Shown here: piece after piece, positions 12,397 through 25,790 of the stretch | Layout: every line of letters starts with the position of its first letter | Position numbering within the stretch: the first letter of the stretch is position 1 | NCBI RefSeq assembly: GCF_009914755.1 | Contig: NC_060928.1 | DNA: 64,000 nt | Source of the DNA: the human T2T-CHM13v2.0 reference genome, Homo sapiens | Direction: 5' to 3' (one strand) | Notes under the pieces: model-generated | Told to the model about the DNA's origin: nothing | Database searches by the model: none | Seen by the model: only the letters and a program-made list of their open reading frames with translations | Program-made: the position numbers and the translations under genes

Positions 12397-12610
12397 AGAG
12401 GTAGCTTAGTACAGAGTTAAGAGCATGGATTCTGGAGCTAGACTGTCTAGGTTCAAATCCTAGCTCAAGCACTTATTATAGGTATGTTCTGGGGCAATCT
12501 ACCTCACTTCTCTATGTGTCAGCATCTGTACCTGTAAAATGGAGGTAATAATAGTATCCAACTCTAAGTGTGGCTTAACAGCACCTGGAAGTACTCTATC
12601 AAAGTTTGAT
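12397..12610 (+). mobile_element. MIR SINE
   Basis: gttaagagcatggattctggagctagactgtctaggttcaaatcctagctc...ctgtaaaatggaggtaataatagta. Confidence 0.9.
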
Positions 12611-12916
12611 AACTGCTAATTGTCTGCCTAAAGTCAGGCTGCCAATTGGCAACCTCTACTCACTAGCCATCCTTCCTACATATCCATGAAACATTATTTA
12701 TAAGCATGAGGAGCATTGGTCTTAGTGCATTTAAGTCAGTACATGAGAGAGCATTTTTAGGTGCTTATGAGTGTGGCAGACTGTAAGAGCTAGGAGATCT
12801 CAAGAAGAGCTTCATGCTGAACAGAGAGGCTTCCTTAAGAAGATGAACATGAGCTGGGCTCTAATGAATGATGTTCCTGGCTGGAGAGCAAAAAGGAGAG
12901 GGTTACAGGAAGGTGG

Positions 12917-13310
12917 GTATATCAGTCAAAGTCTCTGCAGGAAACAGATAACTCACTCAAACTAGGTAATTTGAGGAGAGTTGAATAAAAGGACTATGTA
13001 CAAACATGTGGGCAAGGTTAAAGGAAACTAACGAGTGGAGGGCTAGTAGTCCAGGGTCATGCGTAGGCCCAAGGAGCCCATGCAGGAAGCACTAGAATAC
13101 AGAGAAAACAGCTCCATGGAGAGGGTGGCCTCATTCTCCTCTTAAAACCTACAGCTGATGCCTCTGCATTAGCCAATCCCATCCAGAAACCATAGGGCAA
13201 GAGAGCCTACTGGTGCAGTCCATGTAGAATGACACCCCCCCTTCCCCTCTCCCTCCCCACCCTGGCACAGAGCATCATGGAGAAGCATGGAGAAGGCAGA
13301 ATAATGAGCA
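12917..13310 (-). mobile_element. LTR33-like ERVL solo LTR
   Basis: gcaggaaacagataactcactcaaactaggtaatttgaggagagttgaataaaaggacta...ccagaaaccatagggcaagagagcc...ggcacagagca. Confidence 0.65.
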
Positions 13311-14184
13311 CAATGGGAAAGATGAAGCAAAAGGAGAAGAAACTAAAATGTGCTTGAGAGAAAGAAAACTATTCTAAGACTTAGTTTTTAAACTTATCAT
13401 ATTCATTTGCTCTCCCTAACGTCCAATAAATAACAACAACAACAAAACTCTTTACAATGTTGGAAGGACACTGTAGCTATGTAAACTTGCTCAGTGAGGT
13501 GGGGAAGAGAAAGGGTAAAAAGTCAGCCAGGGTCAGGGAATGGAGAGGTGCATGTATAAAACGCTCTTCAAAATAATGAAAGCTTTCTAGAGAAAAAAAA
13601 GCACAAATCTACAAAACTGTTGAACTTGAATGCTTAGCCAGGTTTTCAGAGAAAAGCTATAGAATCCAGCTGCTATTATTTTAATGGGCATGAACTGAAA
13701 CTTAATAGAATGTGACTGGCCTCAAAGTTCAATAGAAGTACTTTCCAATTGTCTATAATCTCACTATCATGCAGAACGATCTGCTTGATTCAGCCAAAAC
13801 TTAAATGAGTTTCTTCTATGTACTTTTCTCTTTTGATGGTGCAGAAGAGATGTGTGATCCTGACAGAACAATCTAAAGCCTGATGTGGAGATCTGGGTCT
13901 TAACAACCCCTCTAAAAGCACTGTGGGGACTCTAATGGCTTTCCTTTGGATGGTCAGCCACACCTCCCAACTACCTTTGACGAACTTGCCATCTTCCATA
14001 AATGACTGTAAATTCCTACTACTTGCAAACTATTAGTCCTCTCTCACTATCAGCCCCTTTATTATTTTCGTCCAGTATTGATTGGCTCTAGAAGTAATAA
14101 ATTTCACAGTGTTGGTAGCGCTTCCTCTGTCATGGATTAACTTCCTTCCAGGGACCTTAATAATCTTAGAGTCCTATCTTCCCA

Positions 14185-14455
14185 GAAGCATTTTCCAAAG
14201 TCCTCATAGGCACTAAATAAACAAAGGATTACATGGTCAAATGAGTTTGGTAAATACTGGTTGAGAACCACAAAGTTAAATAAGTTTTCCTTAAGAACAA
14301 CCTTTTGAGATCTTTTAATATCAAATGTAAAGGGAGAATCTACTGGAAGAACACATGGTATGCAGAGATTTTCAAACTTACTTGGCTAAAGAATACCTTT
14401 TTTTAGCAAGCACCTTGTAGGACAGATGTGCCGCTGAACATATTCTGGAATCTGG
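14185..14455. mobile_element. MER103C hAT-Charlie fossil
   Basis: tggtcaaatgagtttggtaaatactgg...caaagttaaa...gtatgcagagattttcaaacttacttgg. Confidence 0.7.
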
Positions 14456-15484
14456 ATTACAAAAGAAGAAACTGGAGTCAAAGTCTTCACAAATGATTAT
14501 GGCTTTCCCTTCGTTCTCGTAATTCTGAGACTTAGTGCTGACCTTATATATAACCTCCATTTATAGACACACATAGTCTCAACCTCCATTTCTACAGACT
14601 GAAGGATCCTAACCTTCTTGTTTTTTCACTATTATGGCATCTGAGCTCTCCCACTATCACCCCCTGCTTCCCTTTATCATTTTAATTGCATTTCTCAGAA
14701 CCCTGTCCAATTTGAAGCTATCTTTCTGGAGGAACAAGTTTGGAAGCAGCACACACATTCCAGGTGGGAACATGGATGGCCCTGTAAACACCTTCAGTCT
14801 GGTTTCCTGTAGCTTTCCCAAAACCCCTTGCATTTCACTGGCCTGCTGGCCTACCGGAGCTCTGTGCTCACTATACTTTCTCGGGCTGCACTGAGAGCTT
14901 GGAGCACATCACCTTCTAAGTCAAGGGCTTGTTTCATTTCCTCTCTGAGATTAGATTAGAGACCATCTTATTCTACCTCATATCCTCCACAGCATCCAGC
15001 CTCCCACATGATAACTGAGTCCTCAAAAGTCTTGCATTTGTTTTGCTGAGTTGATATTTTAGAAGTTTCTTCCCGAGTTATTATCTTGCTCTGGCCTCAA
15101 AGAAAACATATTCAACACATTTCTATAGCTTTACAAGATCTTGTTTATTCCTGACAGCTTCGCAATTACTCTACATTTACAGGTACTTTCTTCGAATTAC
15201 TTAAAACTATTTTCTATGAACTGTTTCTTAGGGCTTTGTACTGCTTCTTCAAGATACGACAAAAATTTATATTCAAAACGTGACTTTTACACAATAGTAA
15301 ATACATTGGCAATGACAAGAACAGTCTAGCAAACAGGTTTGTGCTTTTAGAGGCAGACACGCTAAGTTCTGCTGAATGTCAAGGCTGACTTGGGAATCCA
15401 GCTGCTTCTTACACTATAGCAATGAGGACAGAACATTCTTGGCGGAAATCCCTGTCCTTGTGGGCAAGCTGCCTTTAAACTAGA

Positions 15485-15580
15485 CCTCCCAGTACCTGGC
15501 ACAGTTCTGGGCTCACAGTAGATACTCAATAAACTTTTCTGAAACGAATAAATCATTGAATAAAGGATGAATAAGTGAAC
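15485..15580 (+). mobile_element. L2 3' end
   Basis: cccagtacctggcacagttctgggctcacagtagatactcaataaa followed by a (TGAA)-like tail. Confidence 0.75.
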
Positions 15581-17245
15581 AAAGAAACATTTTGGAAGAG
15601 AAACATCTTAGGTATGGTATTGGTCACCTCTCTCAAGTGAAAGTTTTCATTCCTTTTGCTTCTTTTCCCATTTTGGGGCCGGGCTGGGGGGCGCGGTCCA
15701 GCCTCTCCAACATATGTCTTTACACTCTCAGGACGTTCCTCAGATCCCAAATACATAGCAGCAGGTAGTGTAATCAGTTATGTCCTTAGAATGGTGACAA
15801 TTTAAAATTTCTGCACCTCTTTTGTTCCAGAAAATTCATGCCTTAAAAGACCAACGGCAAACTCTTCAAAATGCCTTCAGGAAATAAAGGTGACATTTGT
15901 TTCTATAGCGTACCTTGAAAAAGCATCCAGTTCAAACACTGTTCCAAAGCACTAGCTATGTCTGATTTCATATTTTACATTTGGACTTTATTTTCCCCCT
16001 AAAAAAGGCAGACATCAGAATATTATGTTTGCCAACTCATGAAACAATTGTTACTATTCTGTATTCTTTCTATGAGGATAGTATTATGAGGCTGTGCTCA
16101 TAATAAAACCTTCATCCTAAATCTCTGTGCACCTTATGAATTTCACTGCATCTTTGCTTTTTTTTCCCCCCCAAAGAAGTCATTCAGGTTCCTTTAATAA
16201 TACCAGTAAATAGCTCCAGCCTTCCACAGCTGCAGAGGTTTACTGTCCTGAGAGATTTTTCAGTGTTACAATTCATGCTTCCAATCAAAACAGTGACAGA
16301 GTTGACAGGATTTAGTGAGAAGAAGGACTTGATTAGGAACCAGGACACTACTGAGCAAATATTAAACAACTACAGGGAATTTCTAATATGCAGTGTTCTC
16401 TCTGTTCACAACAAAAACAAGCCAGAAACAATTTCCTGTGCTGCAGCTAAGTGAAATGGAAGTTTGTTTTTAAGGTTCCTTGTAGTGTGTTGTGTACATT
16501 TCAGCAAAGCCGATTTCACCTATGAGAGGCACTGGCTCCTTAAATAACTCCATTCTTCTCATTTCAAATAGAAACCAGCTGCACTTCTAAACTGTAACAA
16601 GAACACCTATCCAGGAGGTCAAAGCTGGAAGACACCTCACTGTGAAACGCTTCAAGCTTCTTTATCTGGGTTACAAGTTTGGTCTGCAGTGAATTGTCAG
16701 TGACAACCTGTGGCCTGGAATTTAATTCCTTGATGCCTTCATAACATTATTATTTCTTCCTCTCTAGAGGATAAACAAGTACATAATATACTATGAATTG
16801 GAGGCTGAAACCGACATTGATTGTGGGGAGAGGAAAAGGTTCTGGGAACACAAATCTGGGGATTTTTCATTGAGAATAAGTAATTTTGAAAAACCAGGTT
16901 TTAGGCTTTTTTTTTTTTTTTTTAATAGCTTAACTCCTTCTATGGGTTAATTTGAGAGGACTCCATCCCCCTACTCCCTGCCCCACAAATTTCCAAAAAC
17001 AACAGCAAGAAAGATCCTGGCAGAAGTCAAAGGGTCAATGGATCCTAAATAGTTTTCAGGTTCAAGTATGCACCATCAACAATGAGAAAAGCCCAGCCGT
17101 GTTATAATGACTCACCCCTTGACAAGAGATTCCAAACCGTGAAATCGAACAACTGCATATTTAGCCCTACGAATTGCATGGCTTACAAGTCACAGAGGGG
17201 TAAATTTGAAATAGGGAAAGGCTGGGATACCTTATTAGCATAAAA

Positions 17246-17304
<59 letters not shown>
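17246..17304 (+). repeat. (TC)n(CA)n compound microsatellite
   Basis: Directly visible. Confidence 0.97.
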
Positions 17305-17720
17305 AAAGGCAGGGAAGTGGAGGCAGAGGCTGCACTGTGATCCTGGTCAAATAGGTTGGTCCTCTGTGAAGTGCCCATAATTCCAGAAGAACCCAGGGCT
17401 GGCTATTTGGTCCGAGGGGCCACTCTCATGGCCTGTTTGAAATAGTTCTCCTAACAGCAAGATTCAAAAAAGAATATTCTTTTCTCTCTTTATTTTTCTT
17501 TCATTCCTTTGTTCATGTAGGATAAAATTTTTACCTTTCTCTACCCCATTTCATTTTCTTAGCATTTCAGGAGAGATGAACCAGTGCTTTTCTGGTACTG
17601 CTCATCAGCATGTTCTAGCCAGTCGGCAAAAAAGGCATCTGCATTTATGGAGTTAATTGACATCTTATTAATTTTGCTCAGATTCTTTCTTTTACCTCCC
17701 TCTCCCTCTCCCCTCCTTTC

Positions 17721-17753
17721 TGTGTGTGTGTGTGTGTGTGTTTTTTTTTTTTT
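17721..17753 (+). repeat. (TG)10 followed by T13
   Basis: Directly visible. Confidence 0.97.
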
Positions 17754-18604
17754 AAGAGAGAGAAAGCTAATGAAAACCATGTTTATATGCTCAAAGGCAC
17801 AGAGGAAATTCATTACTCTGAGGAATAGCACACTCCACAAGTGAAATGAAAGTAATCTTATTTATGACAGGAAGGGGCCCTAGCTAGACTGAACTCCACC
17901 ACACTTCCACTGTTACATAGAAAAGGAGCTGCAGAGCTCCTGCACCAACTCCAAATGGCGGCCTCACTGACAACAAACACATTTGCACTCTGTGTTTGAA
18001 AACTGTTAGAAGCTCCAGAAAAACAGCCATCTAATAGAGACAAGGAAACAAAATCTGCTTAGAATAGGCCATTCTTCCTTTACACCTACAGTACTTTCCC
18101 AGGACTCCTTGTGACTAAATGTTACAAAGATATCTCATCAAATCATTAGCTGATGACATTTATCAAGTACTGGTAAATACAGCTATGTTAGTTTCATAGC
18201 CTTAATTCCCTTATTAGAAGAGTTTTTCACTGTAAATTCATGGGCCCTTTCCTGTGTAAATAAATAATGGAAGAACTTAAATAATTCCTTTCACTATAAA
18301 TGTCACCTTGTACCCTTGCAGACAATTCTCCCTTTCCTTCTTGAAAATTCCTTCAACTGTGAGAATATTTCCTTTTTTATTACTTGGGATTTTGCCATGT
18401 GGCTTTTTTTCCTCATTCATTCAATTAGTCAACGAAAATCATTTAGCTGTTATGTTCTAGAGGTTGGTGGGGAGATAGTCTCCACAATTTCTGTCAAAAC
18501 TACTCATGAGTACTCTTCAAAATCTTAATATTATGTGAAATGTTGGCAGTAATAAGGTAGTTTTATAACATTTATTATATGGCTTCTGAGAATAACTTTT
18601 GCTG

Positions 18605-18690
18605 GAACGTCCTCTGAGATCATTAGGCCCATCTCCTCATTTATAGATGAGAAATCAGGCTCAAGGGCAGATCCCAGACTGTATATCTCC
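18605..18690 (-). mobile_element. MIR fragment
   Basis: ctcctcatttatagatgagaaatcaggctca. Confidence 0.6.
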
Positions 18691-18924
18691 TTATTAAAAA
18701 ATAGTTTTTTAAATTCCAAGAAGCTTCACATGTTTACCACTGAAGGAAAGGTATTATTGCTTGGATTCCGTGCAGGGGAGGGATTTTATAGTCCTCCCAT
18801 CTTATGAAAAGGCTTCAGTATAAAATAAAAAGGGTCAACTAAAAAATATCTGGTATTTTGAAGTCCCATACAGAGATGCTATATGAGAGAGCAACTTGGA
18901 ATTAAATTAACTAATTTGAGTTAA

Positions 18925-19250
18925 CTCATCTTTATTAAGCCTGAGGTGCTGAGCATGTGTTGGGTCCCGGAGAAAAACAGACATACACCCTTTGCCATGT
19001 GCAGGGGATGCAGGGAGGTAAATGGGTGGACCTGTTTACATTATGGTATGGTAGGCGCTATGATGTGGAAGTGCAGAGTGCTATGAGACAGAGGAGGCTT
19101 CCTCCAGGGTGAAAGGAGTTGGTATGGAGATGGAGTGGCAGTGATTGTTCCAGGCAAAAGAAACAACTTGTATAAAAGCCTGGAAAAGAAAGTTTCAGAG
19201 TTTTTGTGAAAACAGTGTTAGTTACGCACTGAAGGGGAGGTTAGAAAGGG
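18925..19250 (-). mobile_element. L2 fragment
   Basis: Degenerate antisense L2 (gtgctatgag, ttccaggcaaaagaaacaacttgtataaaagcctgga). Confidence 0.55.
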
Positions 19251-19479
19251 ATTATAGTCAGAGTCTCTGATTTTCACTGGCCACACCTAAAATCCATGTG
19301 TTCCTTACTTGCCTTGTCCAAGTTGACATTTTTAAGTGTGGTATGTAACATTTATTTGTGCAGTTATTCTTCCCTGTCATCCAAGACACTATTCTTAGTT
19401 TTCCTTTGCAATACACAAAGGTGATTCACTCACCTTGAGAAGGCCCTGAATTCAGCTTATTCAGCATTTATCAAGAACC

Positions 19480-19672
19480 TCATAGGCACAACCCTCTCCA
19501 AGTGCTGCCTCAGCCCTCTGTGTTTATAGTCCTTGTTATAGCACAGATCACATGATATTAGGGCTCCTTGGGCTCCCCCGTGAGCTCCAGGAAGGACTGT
19601 CTTAGCCACCTCCAGAACTCCAGCACAATGCCAAGCATATAACAGGAGATAAATGCTTCTTGAATAAATACA
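19480..19672 (+). mobile_element. L2 3' fragment
   Basis: gtgagctccaggaaggactgtc...cagcacaatgccaagcata...aaatgcttcttgaataaat. Confidence 0.6.
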
Positions 19673-20209
19673 CGAGCTTGGTGGGATATACCTCAATTCT
19701 TAAAACATACTTAAATGCACCTTTTGAAAAAAACAGTGTCCTACATAGCTTGCTTTGGTACAGACGGTAAGGGGACAACCAAAAAATGGTTAGAGAATCT
19801 CTATTTTGTGAAAAACGCATTAACTCAGCATTCCCTGTTATAAGGGTACATAGAAATATTTTTGAATTTATAATATCCACTAGAACGTTTTACTGGTGTA
19901 GTACTTAGTAGCAGTTGTTTTGAATAAAAACTAGACATTACAAGGTAATGATTTAGCAAAACAAACCAAAAGTCAGTGAGTCAGGAGGAGAAAAGGCACT
20001 GTGTTAAAATGACCAGCTGTATTACAGGGTCTGCTATTTGCTACATCAGTTTCTCATTAAGCAAAGCTCACTATATTTAAGGTAATTTTAACAGAGTAAA
20101 TACAAAAAAACACAGTAATAAAGACTAACCATATACTTGGATGGTCAGGACACAGGCCAGGATTATGGATTTTATTCTTCTGATCCACCACAGTTGGTCC
20201 TAAAACACC

Positions 20210-20320
20210 TGTCATTCATCTAGTGTTACTGGGGACCTGCTATTTGCCAGGCACTGTGCTGTGCATTGAGAATACAAAGGTAAGACAGCAGCTCTGCCCT
20301 GAAGAATTTTTAGTAAGGAG
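20210..20320 (-). mobile_element. L2 3' fragment
   Basis: cctgctatttgccaggcactgtgct...aagacagcagctctgccct. Confidence 0.7.
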
Positions 20321-21734
20321 TACAGGAAAATATGCAAAAAAACAAAAACAAAACCCAAAAAACAAAACGAACCTTTGGAAGAAGCAGCAGGAGAATCAGG
20401 GCAAGCTTCCCAGGAGAAGCAAAATCTCTCAAACGCACGTTGTCAGTCATCAGGCGGTTCAGATAAGACTTTGAAAACTTATCAGCACACGTCTTCCATC
20501 ACTATTAGAAAAATAACTTGAGTGTACCCAACCCCAGTTTATCTTCCAAGTTGGTAACACATATCTATGTGTTCCTGGAAGCTTTGACCATATGGCATGG
20601 TCAAATAATATATTTATTAAAATATATTCTACCTTTAAAACTGATTAAGTTTGGGGAGAAGAGAAATAGCAAATTGATAAACGGTCTTCTGTAGTAACAT
20701 GTTTGAGCCACAACGAGGCGCTCTGGATTCAAGAATGAGTGGGCTTCTCTTATTGTACAGTCTCTTCTCTATGAGGGGCTTTCAAAGAACAAAATGCATT
20801 TATCTAACATCAGGAAGGCCAGCAGCTCTTGTAGGAAGGCAGATGTTTGTCCTGTACAAAGTACAGATGTTTTTGACTGAAGTTCCAAAATAAATCTTAT
20901 TTGTGGAAGAAGAATTAAACGAAGGCAGAAACTGCTTCTTAACAGAGGGGCTTCTAACATCTAAAATAACCATTTTCCTACACGGTCACCTGGGGTGGAG
21001 GAATAAATAAAACAAACAAGCACATAAAATTAAAATATTAACCACCAACAACAAATGATAAAAACCCTCACAAAATAAAACAAAGCTCTCAGAATAATGA
21101 GAACATTTTTGAAAGGACACGCTGCTGGAAGCAGCTCTGATAATATTCCCCTTGGTGTTGGTTTTGGAGATCCTATCCAAGGAGGAATCTTCTTTAACCT
21201 TCATGATGAACTAGCCAGTAATCTCATGTTTGTAATATTACAATCAGTAGCCATGGAAATAAAACTGATGTCACAAATTTTGCTTTTTGATTAACACTCC
21301 TGGATTGTACAGGAGCAGAAAGCAAGCAAGTCACATCTGACCTGTGCTATTTCGTTTTTAGTAGATTAAGAAAAATTAGACCAACGGTATACTGTTATAA
21401 TATGAATCTTTAAAAAATCTTCAAAATCTTTATGCAGATTTTCAAAACTCCAATGCTTCAAGATTCTTCTTTAGCTAGAACTCCTGAGCTCTTTAGTCAT
21501 GAGTATTCGAAATATTCTTTGTACTAGACAAAATAAATGACTCGTGCTACAGATGAGTAAGAGGCTCTAATTAGAAGACAGGTGAAAGAAAATTTATACT
21601 TCTCACTGTTTAGAACATTTAGTTTTAACTGAGCTTGTAGGGATTTTTTTAAAAACTGCTTAGAGATCTTGAAGAAATATGAATCTTTCAAGATTTCCCA
21701 AGTATTTCAGGACATTTAAAAATGATCAAGATCT

Positions 21735-22191
<457 letters not shown>

Positions 22192-22619
22192 CTAGAAATA
22201 AACGTGCGAAACATTCAAATCACATATGAAAAACAAGGAGAGAGAAGATGAATAAAAACAAGTTAAATGAAAACTTACTGTGTGAAATAGTGAGGTAACT
22301 CACCCAAAGTTCTGATGCTGCTGCTATCTGTTTTATATCTGTAGTAAAGATGACAGATGAAATAGTAGGTGCAATACAGGTTTTATAAACCTAAGGAAAA
22401 CATCTTAAAGTATTTGACCCAACTATGTTTTATCTTTTAAGTTTCAATTTCCATCTAGATTCCCTGAGAATATGGACTTTAAAATATCCCACATTAGTAA
22501 GATCAAGTTCTTTTAAAATTAATGTTTGGGAAAAATAATGACCAATTTGTTGTAGTATAAAGACCACTGGGTTGGGTCTGCCCAAAATCCTCTGTGACAC
22601 ACTTCTCATGCAGAGCCAA

Positions 22620-23110
22620 AATCCCCATGAAGGCAAACTAGGCCCTACCTGCACTGAGCTCTGCCACCTCTCCTTCTCCTCCCACTTGCTCATTCCACCC
22701 TCCTGGGTATTGTTCCTTGAAGAAACCCAGCAAGCCACCACTTCAGGGCCTTTGCATTTGCTATTCTGTCTACCTGGTAGGTCATTCCCCAAAGTATCCA
22801 AACGCTCACAGCCCAGTTCTCTGTAGGTCTATACAAATGGCTCCTTAAAGTAGGGCTTCTCTTGACCATCCTATATAGAACAGCACACTGCTAAACCACT
22901 CTGTATCCATCCTGCTCTCTTTCCTTAACTCTGTTTTTCTCCAGAGCTATCATCAGCATGTGACATACTATGCGTTTGTTTGTTGTCTTCCCATACCAGA
23001 AGGTAAGCTCCATGATGGCTTACATTAGAGCTTTGTTGGTTTTATTTACTGTTTCAACCCCAGGGCTCATGATAGGGCCTGACACTCATATTTATTTAAT
23101 CATTTAATTG
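22620..23110 (+). mobile_element. L2a fragment
   Basis: cagggcctttgcatttgctattctgtctacctgg...gtaagctccatga...gggcctgacac. Confidence 0.8.
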
Positions 23111-23984
23111 ATTTCTGTGACATTGTTGAGCAGTTAAGAAAAAGTTGATGAAAATTTGATATTGTTACAGAATAAACCAAGCATTATAAACCATCACTAT
23201 CATAAATCTATTATTCACAGATTACTAAAATGGAAAAGGAATTGATAGAACATGTACACCCAGAAAAAGACAGATCTAAATCTTACGGCAAATCCAATAT
23301 TGCTCCAAATAACATGATATCCGAAATAAGGCAAAAATGCAATGTTCCTGACAAGCATTGCTTGTGACGGCAATAATCCAATGTCTCACACTTCAGAGGC
23401 CAATTTCCTTCTGGTGATTTCTCTCCAATTCATCCTGAGTGGACAGAATCACTCAAGTCAGAGTGATTTATATTTAGTCAATCAATTCTATGTCAGCAGG
23501 AAAACTCCACTGGGCCCATGAAGTGCAATTTTCACGCTTGGAGTTTCCTTTATTGCTAGGCCAGACATTTCTGGGAAAGAGACCCAGCATATCAACCCTG
23601 AAGACCAAACACAACCCTCCCAAAGGATGCTTAGGACATCTAAATATAACAAAACTTACGCCAGCCTGACCTTGCTCATTAAGAACAAGACAGTGCATGT
23701 GTTCATGCAGGATGCATCAATGATGGTGTGTACGCTCTTGTTCACCTTTAGACTAAGGATAGCCATAATAAGGTTTGTTGTGATAGCCTCTCACAGTGTA
23801 TACTCAAGATGGCCAGTTAGGAAGCAAAGCAGCCCGTAAAGCTATAGAGGCCCTAACATGTCCAATTTCTACTTGATAAGTAAAGAATAATAGTGTTGGA
23901 ATGATTTTGGTCAGATGGGTCCTCTCATACCCAGATGATAGGAATGAACTGCAGCAAATTTCCCAGGGTGCAATGTGTTCAATA

Positions 23985-24415
23985 GATATTAGGAGCCTTA
24001 AAAAGGATTATAACCTTTGACCTAGTAATTCCATTTCTAAGACTTTCTCCTAAGGAAGTAATCAAAGATAAGGACAAAGATTTATGCACAAGGATGTTCA
24101 AAAGCTGGAAACAGCTGAAATGTACAAAAATAGGAAAATGCTTAAATAAAAAATAGTAAATCTTATAATACAACATTAAAAACAAACTTTTGAAAATGAA
24201 TAATTTGGGAAGTACCTTTCATATAAAGATTAACTTGTATTTAAAGCCCTGTTTATGTAGGTGTATAGATAGATAGATACTTATATGTATATGCTTATGA
24301 ATTGAAATAAGTTTATCAAAATATTTACAGTGACTAGATGGTGAGAATAAATTCTATTTAAAATGTTTATCTTCATACTTTTCTACCATAAATAGATATT
24401 ACTTAATTTAAAATA
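23985..24415 (+). mobile_element. Old L1ME-type 3' fragment
   Basis: cctttgacctagtaattccatttctaag...aaagatttatgcacaaggatgttc...aaatgcttaaataaa. Confidence 0.7.
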
Positions 24416-25535
24416 ATACCATTGGCCTGATTATAAAAGAACACTTACTACTTCAACATCAGGAGAAGAAATAAGGAGTAAAAGTTCCTCTTGGATTCAA
24501 AGGGGTTGGACAACCCTGACACTTGTAAATGTGTGATTGTATCAACGTTGTTGAAATTCTTTCCTTCTGTGAGACATATCACTTAAAAAAATCACCTCCA
24601 AACAGACTTACAAACAAACAATATATAAAGTTATGCAGCTGAGCTTCTCAGCTTCCCACCTTCATTTTCCCAGTGGGTTCTCTGGTGGTAACTTACTGAG
24701 TTAATTTAGATTAATATGGTAGGTCTTAGGTGATTACTCTGCTTTAGATCCCAAGCAATGCTAATTATTATCATAAAGGACAAGCTACTCGGAGGTTTAA
24801 AGTTCAGGCACAGAGACCTTGTCTACATTTCTGTTATCTGGCTCACCAAATTACAAGCGTCTGGTGAGTCAATATGAAAGATTCCAAACACAAAGGTCAA
24901 CGCTGGGCTACTGATCTTCCTGACCCTAACTCAGAGCCAAGAATTGCAATGCAGTTTTCTCCTCCCACACTAAAACCATTAGCAACCAGCTTGTCTTGGC
25001 TGATTCTTTTCTTTTACAACTATTTTTGAATAGGTAATAGCTCTTCCGGTGCCCACATACTAAATTAGCATGTCATTTCATGACTTTTCTTCTCTGTAAA
25101 GCCTTTAATGTGTCTGTAACAGTACTGTACTTGCTAATGTTAATTCACATTAATTAGATGATGCCCTTTCAAATCAAACTATGGTCCCTCTGAAAATTCA
25201 CATGATCTAGAGTGGATGTGGAAAGCCAGTTTACACACATCTTGTGAGTTAATCGGTTACTGTTTCAGAACAACTTTGCAACAGACAACTATCCAGAACC
25301 TTGTCCAGTTGTTTTTTAGAAATAATTTTCAGAGAGCCTCAAAAGGACAAAGATAGGGAAAGGTTAAGAAACTGTCAGTCCTATCATCTGTCTTTCTACA
25401 TCCCCATCCAGTCAGTCACTAAATCCTAATCATTCAAATAGCTCTGGTGTTGGTATACCCTCATCGACTCCCATGACCCTATGCCTGAAACAAGTTATCC
25501 TGTGAGATGCTTTCAGATCTCAGAGACTAGATAGC

Positions 25536-25790
25536 TGTTCAGCACAGTCCTTTCCTTCCTGGGTACACAGTAGCCCACGTTTCCCAGCCTCCCCTGCAAA
25601 TAGGAAGGATCATGTGACTGACCGAGGGTACAAATGAAATACACCACCGCCACACAGGGCAGATAAAGACTTCCCATATATAGTCCTAGGAACCATGGAT
25701 TAAACAAGATGGAGCTAGGGTGCCTAGGCTGTGTTTAAATGAGAGCAAATCATGACTACCTGTTCCTGCCCTTTGATGAAAATTTGGTGT
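25536..25790 (+). mobile_element. MLT1 (J-like) MaLR LTR fragment
   Basis: ccttcctgggtacacag...tttcccagcctcccctgcaaatagg...catgtgactg. Confidence 0.6.

Larger units (their letters stand above)
11775..12657 (-). mobile_element. MER102-like element split into three pieces (about 11775-11898, 12350-12396, 12620-12657) by an AluJ and a MIR
   Basis: gccagatcttccattttttcaagagacactagaaat...; aaaagcactgtg; terminal caggctgccaattggcaacctct; pieces are colinear with the reverse complement of the recalled MER102 consensus. Confidence 0.6.
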
